DNA of 64,000 nt from Octopus sinensis (GCF_006345805.1 NC_043007.1:67642001-67706000); one strand, 5' to 3'. Numbered from the stretch's first letter, positions 26,173 through 40,322 are shown. Notes: generated by a model from the sequence alone, not told the origin. Translations and numbers: made by a program.

Positions 26173-26257
26173 TATGGGTTTCATGTAATAGGAGTTGAGG
26201 AGCTGCACTCTAAACAATAGAGTGCAGCTCCTCAACTCCTATTACACGAAACCCATA
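26173..26257. repeat. Fold-back inverted repeat at the PLE 5' truncation point
   Basis: 40-bp arms 26173-26212 / 26218-26257, one mismatch, loop AACAA; the left arm abuts a TA-rich microsatellite. Confidence 0.95.
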
Positions 26258-27115
26258 GCTTCAAAATATGTTGTTCACAAGAACTCAGATTTGTCACACA
26301 ACATGAAAATTAACATACTGATGGCAGACTTAGTTAGGATAATGAACAACGTGACCCCATTATGCGAACCCTATGAAATGAAAAAACATATACAGAACTT
26401 CATGCACCTCATGCAATTCTCTGGATATGATCAGAAAGATAGGGTTCGAGTATACTGGGGTGTTAGAAAGAAATTAGATAACATTATACATAATGATACC
26501 AGTGATACCTACCCTAGATATAGAAACAAAAACTGGAATAAGATACAAAGAATTTGTGATAAAGCAAACAGGGTGAACACATGGTATAAAACCGACAAAT
26601 ATCAAGGAGAGATGTTTGTAAAAGCCACAGCCCGTGGAGAACTAGCTCATAGATTTAGAAAAGCTCTGAAGGAGACCAAACTCAACATTAAGATTGCTGA
26701 AAAGCCAGAGAACTCTGTCAGATCACAACTATGTAGGATGTACCCCTTTGAGAATAACATATGCACCAATGATAACTGCATGGCATGTAGGATTAGCCCT
26801 GGCATTAACTGTAGAACTAGAAATGTAGCCTACAACATAAGATGCATAAGTGCTTGTAAAGACATGAACATGACATACATAGGGGAAACATCTAGGAGCA
26901 TTGTGGAAAAAGTTAAACGAACATTTGAGACAATATGACAACAAAAACAGTCCTCCATACTCTACCAACATACCAAGGACCAACATGGAGGCAATCTGGG
27001 TCAACTTGACATCCGCATTTTATCCAAGCACCCAAAGGACCCAACATTCAGACAAATACAGGAGTGCGTCCTCATAAATGAAACATCCCCAATACTAAAT
27101 AGGAAATATACATAA
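26218..27115 (+). pseudogene. 5'-truncated Penelope-like retroelement: RT C-terminus/thumb, Cys-rich linker, GIY-YIG endonuclease
   Basis: YYTKPIASKYVVHKNS...ILMADLVRIM...FSGYDQKDR (PLE RT end); C..NCMAC...NCRTRNVAYNIRC...YIGETSR...EH...SILYQH...H...LDIRIL..HPKDPTFRQIQE..I....P.LNRK (GIY-YIG). Two compensating frameshifts near 26908 and 26944 leave a TGA at 26936-26938. Layout resembles Neptune-type PLEs. Confidence 0.85.
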
Positions 27116-27697
27116 GAACATAGGTTATATGAACAGACAAACACACATACACACACAAATGAAGACTGAAACACATGGCCATATATACACACAAACTTTA
27201 CTTCACACAAGGGCACATATGGAGACACACATCCACACATATAGAGATACACATCCATACATATAAACATGATATACAGTTGCAAAAAAAAAAACACTCA
27301 CACACTCAGACATGCACACACAAGGAGATAGAGGTACACATACATATATACAAGCACACACACACACACACAAACATAGACATGCAAACACATGACTATG
27401 CAGAATACACACATACATAAATACATGCATACACATGCATGCATACATACATACATACATGCATGTATATGCACACACACTAAACCTCATACATGTGCAC
27501 AAAAAAACAAAAAGGAATGCAGTGTGAATAATGGACAGAGTCAAAACTATTGAAAAGGTTGCAAGATGCAATGAAAATTTTAGAAAAATAAAGAAGGAAA
27601 TAAGTGGAAATTTTACTGGTGAGTGTGTTAAATTATAAGGCACTAAATGAGAATGACTCTCCCCAGAAACAACAGTATATCATATATACATATATAT

Positions 27698-27867
27698 AGG
27701 CGTAGGAGTGGCTGTGTGGTAAGTAGCTTGCTTACAACCCAAACAGTTCCGGGTTCAGTCCCACTGCGTAGCACCTTGGGCAAGTGTCTTCTACTATAGC
27801 CTTGAGCCGACCAAAGCCTTGTGAGTGGACTTGGCAGACGGAAACTAAGAAGCCCATCGTGTGTGTG

Positions 27868-27911
<44 letters not shown>

Positions 27912-28012
27912 TGTGTGTGTGTGTCTCTCTGTGTTTGTCCCACCAACATCACTTCACAACCGATGCTGGTGTGTTTACGTTCCCCGTAACTTAGCAGTTC
28001 AGCAAAAGAGAC
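27698..28012 (+). mobile_element. tRNA-derived SINE, family A (3' truncated) with (GT)n(GCGT)n(GT)n centre
   Basis: GGCGTAGGAGTGGCTGTGTGGTAAG head. Confidence 0.8.
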
Positions 28013-29379
28013 CAAGACTTATGCTGTGCTTGAGAAGACTTATCAAGCCAATTGAAAATGTAGTCATGTAAACGGCACCCATGCTGGTGGTAGTGGTGGG
28101 AGCACTATGAATTTCTTTTTGCTCGGGGAAAAATCAAAGTGGAGATAGTTGAGAGGTCTGGTATTTAAGGTAAGGTTGGAAAGCGCATTGTCCTCCACTC
28201 TGCAACAACTTCTCTCAGTAGCAACTCCTGTTCTTTCTCTCTTACCACTTCATTCTAATACATTGTTATCTCAATCCCTACCTACTGCTCTCTCACTTAA
28301 GTGCTTCAATATGGTTTCTAAATAAACATAAACAAACACCTACATATAAACACACATACACAAATGCTTACATACACACACAAATACTAACACATACATA
28401 AACAAACTCTGACATCAACAAAATGCACACTCAGACAAACATCTGCATACACATACAAAACACGCAATTTTCTAATATATTTATAGAGACAGAAAACAAA
28501 AACCGAAACTTATTTAGCGAATCGCAATTAGAATTTTCAAAGAAAATGGCAAACCTCATAACACAAAAGGTGGAAAAGTAGGGGGATGGATGTTAATAGA
28601 TATGAACAGAATAACAGAATGACATGATGGAATAATAATAATAATAATAATAGTAATACTACAAATATCAAAGCACAAAAGTTGGAACAGAAGGTGGAGT
28701 GGGTGTTAATAGATATAAACAGAATAACGGATTAAAGGAATAATTTTAAAACTTCAAACATCAAAGCACAAAAGGTTGTTATGGATGGGTGGCGGTGATG
28801 GGTGTTAAAAGATGTAAATAGAATAATGGAATAACAGAATAATATTAATACTTATAAAAGAAGTTTCGACTATTTAATGATATGTTTGTGGTGATGGCCT
28901 GAGAGAGAGAGAGAGGGAAGAAGGATAGAGAGAGAGACAAGGGAGAAAGGGACAGATAGATAGATAGATAGATAGATAGAAAGTCAGAAGAGAAAAAGGG
29001 AATGTGAAAGATAGAGAGGTGGGGAGAGAGAGAGAATAGAGAAAGATGTATGCAGAAAGGGAGGAAGAGAGAAATAGATGGATAGGTAGAGATGAGAGAA
29101 AGAGAAGAGAATAAAGAGATACACGGATAAGGAGAAAGATGAAGAAAGGAAGCAGGAGAGAGAGAGAGAGAGGGAAGAGAGCTCAATACTTTGTTCCATT
29201 TTGTAGAACAGAAAACATTAATATCTAAACTTTAATGGAGAAATTAAAAGAAGTAGGAGTGTGTGTGTGTGTGTGTAGGAATAATACATTAAAGAAGTGG
29301 GGTGGAGGAATAATATATTAAACTTTGCAACACCAGACAAATGGCACTTAAACTATGAACTAATAACGGTGTCATTATG

Positions 29380-30085
29380 TGATCTCTCACTATGCTAGAA
29401 ACTGTAGCCAAATACAGCCTCTACAATCCCACTAAAAAAAATAAAAAAAGAAAGAGAAGGCACACTGAATAATGTAGTCTGATATACACATTACTTTCAG
29501 AAACAAGGCAGGATGGTCACGATTGGAAAGACCTGATCAGTCACTCAGTTTTGACTGATCTGAGGCTAAACAACAACAACAGTGTTAAGCTAATGAAGGA
29601 TCTTTTACAGGGTTACTTAACCTGCTAGAAACAGCAACCAAATGTCAACACATTCATATCCTAGAATCTTATAAAAAGGAAGGACATGTAAGATAAAATG
29701 GTGTTATCTGAAAGAGTAGGGGAAATTAATGAAAAGACATTGGATTATGTAGTCTTGCATACACTATGTCTGAAAAACAGATGAGATGGTCACAGTTGGA
29801 ATGCTTTTGATCTTAGGTCTGTCCAGTCATAACTGGCTGGGGTTTAAACATTGACCACCACCACAACCACCAAACAACATTATAATGGGCCAATAAAGAA
29901 TCCTGTATGCTGTCACTTGATCTGCTAGAGATAACAGTCAAATCTCTCTTAAATCATACCCTACTCTCTTAGAAGGTCATGTCGGATAATAAAGTCCTCT
30001 GTTCACTGAACAGAGGAAAAAAAAGAGCAGATGGGATGATCATAAGTTTACTTGATCAAAACTGACCTGGGGCTAAACAACACAA
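29380..30085 (+). repeat. Three tandem degenerate copies of a ~200-270 bp interspersed repeat with (AAC)n tail
   Basis: Recurring (C)TGCTAGAAA..GCAGCCAAAT ... GATGGTCAC..TTGGAA ... GGGCTAAACAACAAC; further copies near 32500 and 61600. Confidence 0.55.
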
Positions 30086-31392
30086 ACCATCAGCCACTAC
30101 TAGAACAATACCATTATAAATTGTACTCTATTACTGGTTCCAGCCAGTGAAAAGGACCATAGTGGTGAGGTAGACGACCATGAACCTTGCTGCTATGGCT
30201 TCTTGTTCTTAGTTATTCTACGTAATTTCTTGATGTTATTCATGGAAAATTGTTGTCAAACAGTATCTGAAGCTGATTTCAAACACTTAACATAATGTAT
30301 TTAAAAAAAAGACCAAAAACAATAACAACAACAAAAAAAGATGAGTTGTTCTTTCAGTTTAATATGGTATAAATATTTATGGACACTGAAAATGAAATAA
30401 GTGTTAAGCGTAATTATTCTAGCTTGGCAAATTAGTATTATTATTATTATCATTATTAATTTTTCACTCTCACTGGAGGTTTTCTTGTCTCAGGAGAAGT
30501 GAGTTTGTATCTATGCAAAGTGTACTTTTATCTCATTTTCTCTCTTTTTTTTTCCATTTCCATCTTGCCACCATCTTTTATGTAAACCCTCATACATATT
30601 ATAAACTATCATTGTAATGTCCCCTCATCTGATACTCATATGTGTGTTACTGTGTTTTCCCCCCACCATCATATGACAACTGATGTTGGTATGTTTACAT
30701 CTCTGTAACTTAGCAGTTCAGCAAAAGAAACTGATAGAATAAGTGCTAAGCTTACAAAGAATAAGTCCTAGGGTTGATTTCTTCGACTGAAACCCCTTTA
30801 AGGCAGTGCTCCAGCATGGCCACAGTCAAATGACTGAAATGGTAAATAAAAGAAATCATTCTACTGTAGAAACCATGCCAAAACACTCTGGAGCCTGGTG
30901 CAGCTCTCCAGCTTATCAGCTGCAGACAAACAATCTTAACCCATGCTAGCATGGGAAACAGATGCTAAATGACCAGGATGTAGGATGGTGGACTGGCAGA
31001 GATGTTTGCACATTGGACAAATTGCTTAGCAGCAATCCTGACTCTTTACACTTCAGATTCTGAGTCAAATTCCCCTGAGATCAACTTTGCTTTTCATCCT
31101 TTTGTGGTAGATAAAATAAAATACTAGTGAAAATAATGGGGTTGAAGTAATCAACTGGCCCCTCCCTCTAAAATTGCTGACCTTTTGCCTAAATCAAAAA
31201 CCACGAAGACAGCAACCTTGCAAAACTGTTGCAGCATTGGAATATCTTGTGAAATTTTTTTCTGGTTCTTTATGTTTAGAGTTCAAATCCAGCCAAGGTC
31301 AACTTTTCATTCTTTGAGGGTTAATAAAATTAAGTATCAGTCAAGCACTAGAGTTGGTGTTATCAAATTGTTCCTTCCCTCAAAATTACTGA

Positions 31393-31774
31393 TCTTTTAT
31401 TCTCTTACTCATTTCAGTCATTTGACTGCGGCCATGCTGGAGCACTGCCTTAAAGGGCTTTTAGTCGAAGAAATCAGCCTCAGGACTTATTCTTTGTTTC
31501 CATTGCTGAATTTCTAAGTTACAGGGATGTAACACACCAACATCAATTGTCAAGTGATGGTGGGGGTGGGGGAAAACACAGACATACACACATACATATA
31601 TGATGGGCTTCTTTCAGTTTCCATCTACCAAATCCACTCACAAGGCTTTGGTTGGCCTGAGGCTATAGTAAAAGATATTTGCTCAAGAGCAAATGGGACA
31701 TTGTGCAATGGGACTGAACCTGGAATCATGTCATTGGAAAGCAAGCTTCTTATCCACACAGTCATGCCTGCACC
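31393..31774 (-). mobile_element. tRNA-derived SINE, family A
   Basis: Reverse complement of family A. Confidence 0.75.
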
Positions 31775-34700
31775 TTTTGCCAAGGTTAGAAAAAATTATT
31801 ATAGGGTGGTGAAGTGGCATAATTGTTAGAGTGTGGAACAAAATGCTTAGTGACATTTATTTTGTTTTTTTACATTCTGAGTTCAAATCCTACCATAGTC
31901 AACTCTGTCTATCTTTGTAAGATGACAAAAAAATAGCGAACCAGTCAAGTACTGGGGTTAATAGTATGGACTCTTTCCCCCACCCTACAAAATTGCTGGC
32001 TTCAAGCCAAAATTTAAAACACTCACTATCATTATCATCATCATCATTATTATATCTGTGTTAGAGCTGCTAGCAACCAATACAGCCTGAGATCCAGTCT
32101 GTAGCTGTTACCAAGGTGCGGGATGGGTTTAGTTATTTGCCAGAATCTATTGTGAAGGTCTGAAGATCGGTTCACCATCTTTCTTTGGCAGGAAAGAGCA
32201 AGTAGTCTTCTATTTGGCAGTTATGGGGAAGGAAGTTGTGTGATGGATGCAGCTGAAAGGATGGATGCAGCTGAAAGGATGGATAAACAGAGCTTTTCGT
32301 CTCATCAATTAGGTCCTCATTAACCACATCAAGCACCACATGGGAGGAAAGTAAGAGTACAAATGGATATAGACCCCAGATGAGACACTGGAAGAATTAA
32401 GCAAGTGGCATTTTGCTGTATAGAAAATTCATGTAATCCATCATACAAATGGACAGAAATGGATATCAAATGGGGAAATGAAGGGAAAGTGGGGGCTCTG
32501 TGTAGTTACTGGACTTACTAGAAAAGCAGCTGTTCTACTTTATATAATATTCTAAAATCTTAACAAAAGTAAAGAATAATGAAGTTTTAAATAGACAAAA
32601 AAGCATGATGGTCATGATAGGAATGCTTTTGCATATAGGTGTTCCTGATAATGGCTGATTTGGACCAAAACAACAAATACAACAACAGCAGCAGATGTTA
32701 AAAGAATTGATGATAATGAAAATTTTACTTCAAAATTGATATAATTTCCTTTTGTTTCAGGAACCCTATAAACTGTGAGCCTTAAAAAGTATTTAAAAAA
32801 TACATTCAAGGTTTAATCCTAGAAATCTGATACCTGAAGTAAGTATAAAGATATTTCTTTCTTTCTTATTGATAAGACCCCCACCCAATTCTATTTGACT
32901 CACCCAACCCCATGGTAATTAAACATGGTTGAAAGAGGTAATGTCAAAAAAAGGTTACTGAACAATAGAAATGTGAGGTCATTGAGATAAGTCTGAGGTT
33001 CTAAAGCTGCCACAGTCAGATTAACAGTGAGACAGGCAAACAGAAACCTACAGGCAAACTCTTGCTCACGAGGGTATTCTGCATCCAGCACCATCATCAC
33101 TGACATCTTAACAGTACCTTAAGCAAATTCTGAATTAGAGATAGAGATTCCTGCAAGATTTTTTGTATTATTATTTTTTAATACTTGGCTGGAGCAAAAT
33201 CTGAGGCAAATATAGAATTATATATATAATTTAAGATTCCCTTGAGATATTCTTAATATGTTGGTAGACTAGGCAGCAACTAATTTATTTGTGGCTACCT
33301 TCAACTAGGCTTATATATATATATAAATCTGGTTGAATGAATATATATATATATATGAGAGAGAAAGAGAGAGGCATATATGTGGGTCTGCATGCACACA
33401 CATACATACATACAGGTCTCTAAAGATTTAAACACCCCTCTGTTTCAAATTATAAGACATCCACCCAACTAAACAGAAAAAAACTACTTTGACACATATA
33501 CAGAATAGAAAGAACAGTTGGAATTGGTAAATCAGAAACTAAAATACCAGCTGTTTCATTAGATTGGTTTTTGGCACAAGAAAAATATCAGCTGTATTTA
33601 TAGAATCTATTTCTTTTATATTCTCCTTCACTGACAACATTCTGGTACTTTGCTTCGCATTGGCACACTTCTTTCTTCATACCTACATGCTTTTTACCAT
33701 TACATCACACCAACATTTTTATTTATACAGACATGGTCCTTGTACAGACACACTCCTTCATATCAATAATGTTCCTTCACGTGGGCACACACTTTCATAT
33801 AGACACTCCTTCAAACACACCTCTTCACATACACACAATCCAATGTACTTCTTCAAACAATCCTTTTTATATTCACTATTTCATTCATTAGCTTCTACGC
33901 ATATTCTCTAATCACTAACTTCCCTCTCTCCCACACATATTCTCACTCTTTTACTAATATACTTACACACACAGTTTTACTTTCTCATTCATTTTTTTTA
34001 CATCATGCTTCACTTATGTTTCAACTCACTCACCCTCTAACATATTCACATTCTCTTCTACTTACACTCCTCTTTAAAGACACACCACCACTCACTCTCA
34101 GTCTATTAAGCCCTTGCTCACACTTACTCACTCAAGCTCACTCAAACACTCATTTATAAATGATGAAATGGAAGAATCATTAGGGCACCAAATACACTGC
34201 CCCAATATATTTGTTCTGACACTCTACATTTTGAGTTCAAATCTGGCAGAGGTCAACTTTGCCTTTCATCCTTTTGGGGATTGATAAAATAAAGTACCAA
34301 ACCTAGGTGGTGGATTACTGGAATTGAAAGAACACCAGACTGAATGCCTTGTGGTATTTGTTCCAGCTCTCTACATTCTGAGTTCAAATCCCATCATGAC
34401 CTACTTGAGTGATAGATTTAATAAGCCACCACTCAGTTTAACGACACAACACATTTGGTACCTTGGATACCTTGAGCAAGACTTCAATCTGTTGCCAATT
34501 TGAGGATTCCTTTCTCTATCCCTTCCACCAATGTCAGAGGCTCTGTGGAGAATCATGGAAAAAACCCCATTTTATTTATACTTACTCTGATGGGCTACAT
34601 GTGACGAGCTGTTATCTAGATCATGAGTCTTATGAACTACATTAATTGTCTACATGGGACGAACAACATGAGATGGGCTGTTATCTTAGTTTGCCCAAAA

Positions 34701-34991
34701 CTCAGATCCAGATCCTAAGTCTTTTATTAAGCCACATGTAATTGTCTGTATGGAATAGGCTACATGGGATGGGTTACATAGAATAGTCAATATGAGATGG
34801 TCTACTTTGATAGGTTGTTATCTGAACGCACCCAACATAACAATACATATCTTGATTTTTATTACAGGTTATATGTGATGGTTTATTTCAAGGCTGCTAC
34901 ACATTTCATGCCAAATTTATGAAGTACAAAACATCCATTTGCATGCAGGTGAACGTCTTATTTAAAATACACACACACAACACAGGCTGAT

Positions 34992-35032
<41 letters not shown>

Positions 35033-35922
35033 GAGACAGACAGACAGAGAGATAGAGGGAGACTGGCAGACACATATTTTCTGACTTATGGGACAAAAAC
35101 ATTTAAACAGGATAGCTGTATTGTTGTTGTTATTATTATTAGTTGTTGTAGCATTGCTGGCCTTGTGTCCAAATTAGAAAAAAATCATCATAATCATTGT
35201 TATCATCGTCATAATTATCAAATATATAGAAGAGATAAAAATAAATCCCTGAAGATAACAATTGCTGGATTTTAAAAGTTAATCTAATCTAGTAAATCTA
35301 CTTAAGCAAAGTTAATCCTTGCAGCGGTATTTGAACTGATAAAAGTTAAGTGTACTAAATACTAGGGGAGAGAGAGAGGGTGGAATTAGCTGTAGAGAAA
35401 GTGTAGGAGGTGGGTGTAAATATTTTGTTAATACATGCAGGAGTTAAATAGCATAATAGGACTAAGAATAGTTATAGCTAGATACAGCAGTGGTATGGTA
35501 GAACTAACAACAGTCATAGCTTAGATACAGCAGTGATATCATAGGACTAATGACAGTCATAGCTAGGTACAACAATCTTTGTAGTGGTGGATTCTGGTGG
35601 GCCCTCTGCCATAGATGACAGGTGAAGGTTTTGCAACTTTTTGCTGAACTTGCACATATGATTTGTTTATAGTGATCATATGCTTATGCAACACATTCGT
35701 TTTGTCCTCCCATCAAATTGACATTACTTGTACAGGTACATGGTGTGCCACACATCTGATGTCAAAGCAATCACAGAGCAATCAATGTGTGATGAAGAGT
35801 TTTGCTCAAGAACACAATGCATCACCCAGTCTAAGAGTTGAAACCATGATCTTGCGATTGTGAGTGCAATACTCTTACCACTAGGCCACACACCTGTCAT
35901 ACCGCAGTGTCTGTGGTATGAC

Positions 35923-36194
35923 AGAACTAACAATAGTCATAGCTAGATACAACAGTATTACTGGTATGTCAGGACTAATAACAGTCATATGTAGAAAAGA
36001 GCAGAGTCAGTGCTATGATAGAACAAATGGCAGTCATAGCTAGATACAGCAGTGTTTGTGATATTAAAGAACTACAAGAGAATGTAAGCAATCTATTTTC
36101 TTTCATATCCTTTCCTGTTTCCATAAGGAATTGTCTACAATAGAAAAGATGCTGCACACTCAACACTGAGTGACCAATATGCTTTCTCTCTCTG

Positions 36195-36229
<35 letters not shown>

Positions 36230-36862
36230 GGAAAATGAATTCATCATCATCATTTACCATCCAATTTCTATGGCTGGCAGCATGGATTAGGCAGTTTGAC
36301 TGAAACTGGTTAGCCAGAGAGCTGCACCAGGCTCCAGTCTGATTTGGCATAGTTTCTATGGCTGGATGCCCTTCCTAATGCCAACCACTCCAAGAGTGTA
36401 ATGTATAAATTCTAAAAGAAAGCAATAGATAGAGTTTATTTCTTCTGCTAGTATTTCAGTTGTTGTCTAAGCCTTGCTTTTACAGATTTCAACTGTTTCA
36501 ACGTAGGGTTCAAAAAGCAGCACTTTAATTCTATCATTGCCTGAACAATTCCAAATGTTGTAAAGTTTGCTTTCAGCTAGCCATGCTAACAGTTGTTTTT
36601 GTCTAAAAGTATCTTTGTTTGCTACCCTGTAACATGTCACTAGAGAAAGTTAAGCTCTTGAGAACTAACAACAGTCATAGCTAAATACATCAGTATTACT
36701 GGTATGTCAGGACTAATAACAGTCATATGTAGAAAAGAGCAGTGTCAGTGCTATGATAGAACAAATGACAGTCATAACTGGATACAGCAGTGTTTGTGAT
36801 ATTAAAGAACTACAAGAGAATGTAAACAATCTTATTTTCTTTCATATCCTTTCCTGTTTCCA
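35923..36862. repeat. ~200-bp direct duplication (35923-36123 / 36661-36862) built on ~42-bp units
   Basis: AGAACTAACAA(T/C)AGTCATAGCTA...TTTCATATCCTTTCCTGTTTCCA occurs twice, with few differences. Confidence 0.85.
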
Positions 36863-37096
36863 CAATGTATACAGATACATTAATGTTTGTTTTTATGTTG
36901 AGTCATAAATAGAAACAATGTTACATTATACTGAAAGATTACTCAACACTTTTTGTAGAGTTCATATTTTTTACATTTTTTACAAAAAGAGTGATGACAG
37001 TGACTTTGAAGTCAGCCTGAGACAGTCCAATAAAAACTAACAGGCTGAAATTTTGAAGTCACCATTTTTCTTGTGAAAGTATAATATTTCTGTGTG

Positions 37097-37168
<72 letters not shown>

Positions 37169-37459
37169 ATATGTTTGTGTGTCTGTGTTTGTCCCCCCCA
37201 ATATCGCTTGACAACCGATGCTGGTGTGCTTACGTCCCCGTAACTTAGCGGTTCGTCAAAAAGAGGCCGATAGAATAAGTACTAGGCTTACAAAGAATAA
37301 GTCCTGGGATTGATTTGCTCGACTAAAGGCAGTGTTCCAGCATGGCCACAGTCAAATGACTGAAACAAGTAAAAGAGAGTAAAAGTCAATAGATGAAGTT
37401 TTATAACAGTAAATTTACTGAATAGTCATTTTATTACTCTGTATCTACAATCTTTTTAT

Positions 37460-37665
37460 AAAGATAAACATTACATAATCCATAACAATTACAAAGAGAT
37501 AAGGTGTGAGTGTCTCCATGAACTACACCTGAATTTATCTCAAATTCATTGCTGTTGCCAGGAGTGGGAACAGAGAGAGAGAGATCAGTGTTAGTGCACA
37601 AGAACATAAAAACAATAATGAATGAATCTGGTGCTTTATAAATACTTAGAATATCTTGAATGGCT
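37460..37665 (-). pseudogene. Non-LTR retrotransposon RT fragment
   Basis: ILSIYKAPDSFIIVFMFLCTNT...TPGNSNEFEINSGVVHGDT, then after a frameshift PYLFVIVMDYVM; matches the RT GV.QGD.L.P.LF...MD motif. Confidence 0.65.
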
Positions 37666-38659
37666 GCCATATTTACAGTCAAAATAACCTATGATTCAGC
37701 TGTCAAATACTTAATCCACCCAATCATGTTGTCTCTACCTTGGCAGGATTTGAAACAGAACCATAGACTTGTAGACTCTGAATTTATTACTAGCACAACT
37801 TAATCCTAGATTTGCAACTACCCAACAATACAAATAGATATGTAAAGATTAATAGCACTTGCAAAAAAAAAAAGAGAGAGATAGAGAGAGAGAAAGATGC
37901 CTCATCTCCACATAACCATCCCCTCCATAAAAGAATACCCCCCCTCCAAAAAAAAACAAACAAAACAAAACAAAACATGACAGTTTGGCAGCTACTGTAT
38001 TTCCTGGTAGTCATTACCAATTCCTGTTGCTTCTGTCTATCAATCTAGTTTTTAAAAAAACCCAACATTTCATTGCACCACAACTTGCAGGAATGTGGTG
38101 TGTGCATATGTATGTGAACTGAACAGATGTAAGTATGTGTTTGAAAAGAAAGATACACAAATAGACATTGCCTGTCTGCCACACACACACAAACACACAC
38201 ATATCTACACCTGTACAAATATACATATACAAAAACATACTGACACCCCCACACATTCATGCACACTTTCTCACACAAATAAATGCACTTTATAACAACA
38301 CCTACACTTTCATCAACTTCATCTCTTTTTTTTTTTTTTATCTAAAATGCATATGATGCGTGTTTTGAAAAATGATTTATCTTATTTACATCATAACAGA
38401 TCCACACAACATATAGATCTTAAAACAGGGAGTGTATATAGCCTGTAGGAGCACACAGCAAAATAGAGGTTTGACCATTAATTAAAATAATAGCTATGAA
38501 TAGTAGCATGACTATGTAGTTAAGATGGTTGCTTTCCAACAATGTGGTTTCAGATTCAGTCCTACAACATGATACCTTGGGTATATCTTCAACTATAGCT
38601 CCGGGCAAGCCAAAGCCTTATGAATGGTTTTTGGTAGAAGGAAACTAAAAGAAGCCTGT

Positions 38660-38693
<34 letters not shown>

Positions 38694-39530
38694 GAGGTGT
38701 GCATGTGCAATAGTATAACTTTGTCGTGATATCTCATGATGGTTGTAAGCAAGCAGCAGTGTCATACAAATAATGTTATTCATTTCCCATCTTCTGTGGA
38801 AAATGTCTGGCCCTAGGGAAATATTGTTTCGAAGCAAGTAAGAAATAGCAACAGGAAGGGCATCTGACCATAGAAAAAAATCTGCTTCAACAAATTCTGG
38901 CTGACTCATGCAAGCATGAGGAAAAGTGAACATTAAATGATGATGATAATGTACCTGAGGTGATGGGGGCTATCCAGTCCAGCTGTTCCTACCATAAAGC
39001 TGTCTAAAACAGAGGTTATATTTAACCTTTTTACCTGCTAAATGATTAGATTAAACATCCAGTAGATTTTAGATAAATGTGAACCATATGGGTGCCAACA
39101 TTTTTTTTAATGAGACAGAAAGAAGTAATTAATATATTTTCTAGTTTTTGTGTTTTTCATTTCAACTGAATAGCTTACTAAGGGAAGGTATTTTTTGTTG
39201 TTTACGTCAGAATGTGTGAGTGTTCTTATGTATGTATCCTAATAACATTTTTATTACGAAGCAATATAGTGTTTGACTACTTTTCACTTTGATTTATGTA
39301 AATGTAATTTTTTTTTACTTATTTCAGTCGACTGCAGCCATGCTGGAGCACCACCCTAAAGGGTTTTAGTCAAACAAATCACCCCAAAAACTTATTCTTT
39401 GTAAGCCTACTATTTACTGTATCAGTCTCTTTCACTGAACTGGAAAGTTACGGAGACATAAACATATCAACATTGGGTTGTCAAACAATGGTGGAAGGCA
39501 AAAAACACACACAAATACATATACCACATA

Positions 39531-39571
<41 letters not shown>

Positions 39572-39789
39572 ACAAAAAGCAAAAAGGGAAGAGGAAAATT
39601 TCGATTATCCCCATGTGCTGAGTTGTAATGCAAAAGATATATATATAAGAAAGAAGGAAAATGCACACAGTTTATTTAGTTTTAATATATTAATATATTT
39701 TATAAGTGAAAGAGTATTGTGTTTGTCAAATGGCTTTGCTTTCACTAATCATGACATTGAAATTATTGTAATTTTGTATATACTATATA

Positions 39790-39811
39790 TACACACACCA
39801 CATATATATTG

Positions 39812-39854
<43 letters not shown>

Positions 39855-39971
39855 CATATATATATATTTATACATATACATATACATATATATATATTTA
39901 TACATATACATATACATATATATATATTTATACATATATACATATACATATATTATTACATATACATATAC

Positions 39972-40002
<31 letters not shown>

Positions 40003-40192
40003 CATATATACATATACATATATATATATACATATACATATATATATATACATATACATATATATATATATATACATATACATATACATATATACATATA
40101 CATATATATATATACATATACATATATATATATACATATACATATATATATATATTACATATACATATACATATATACACATATACATATAC

Positions 40193-40223
<31 letters not shown>

Positions 40224-40224
40224 C

Positions 40225-40322
<98 letters not shown>

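Noticed and set aside
26936-26938. In-frame TGA in the PLE ORF as possible selenocysteine (as known for some Naiad PLEs)
   Set aside because: The conserved EH motif (NEHLRQYDN) lies in the +1 frame, so the TGA results from two compensating indels; the endonuclease is also C-terminal, not Naiad-like.
27641-27678. Possible hammerhead remnant after the PLE (CTAAATGA-GAATGACTCTCCCCA-GAAAC-AACA-GTA)
   Set aside because: No CUGANGA core and no clear stem I; too degenerate to call.
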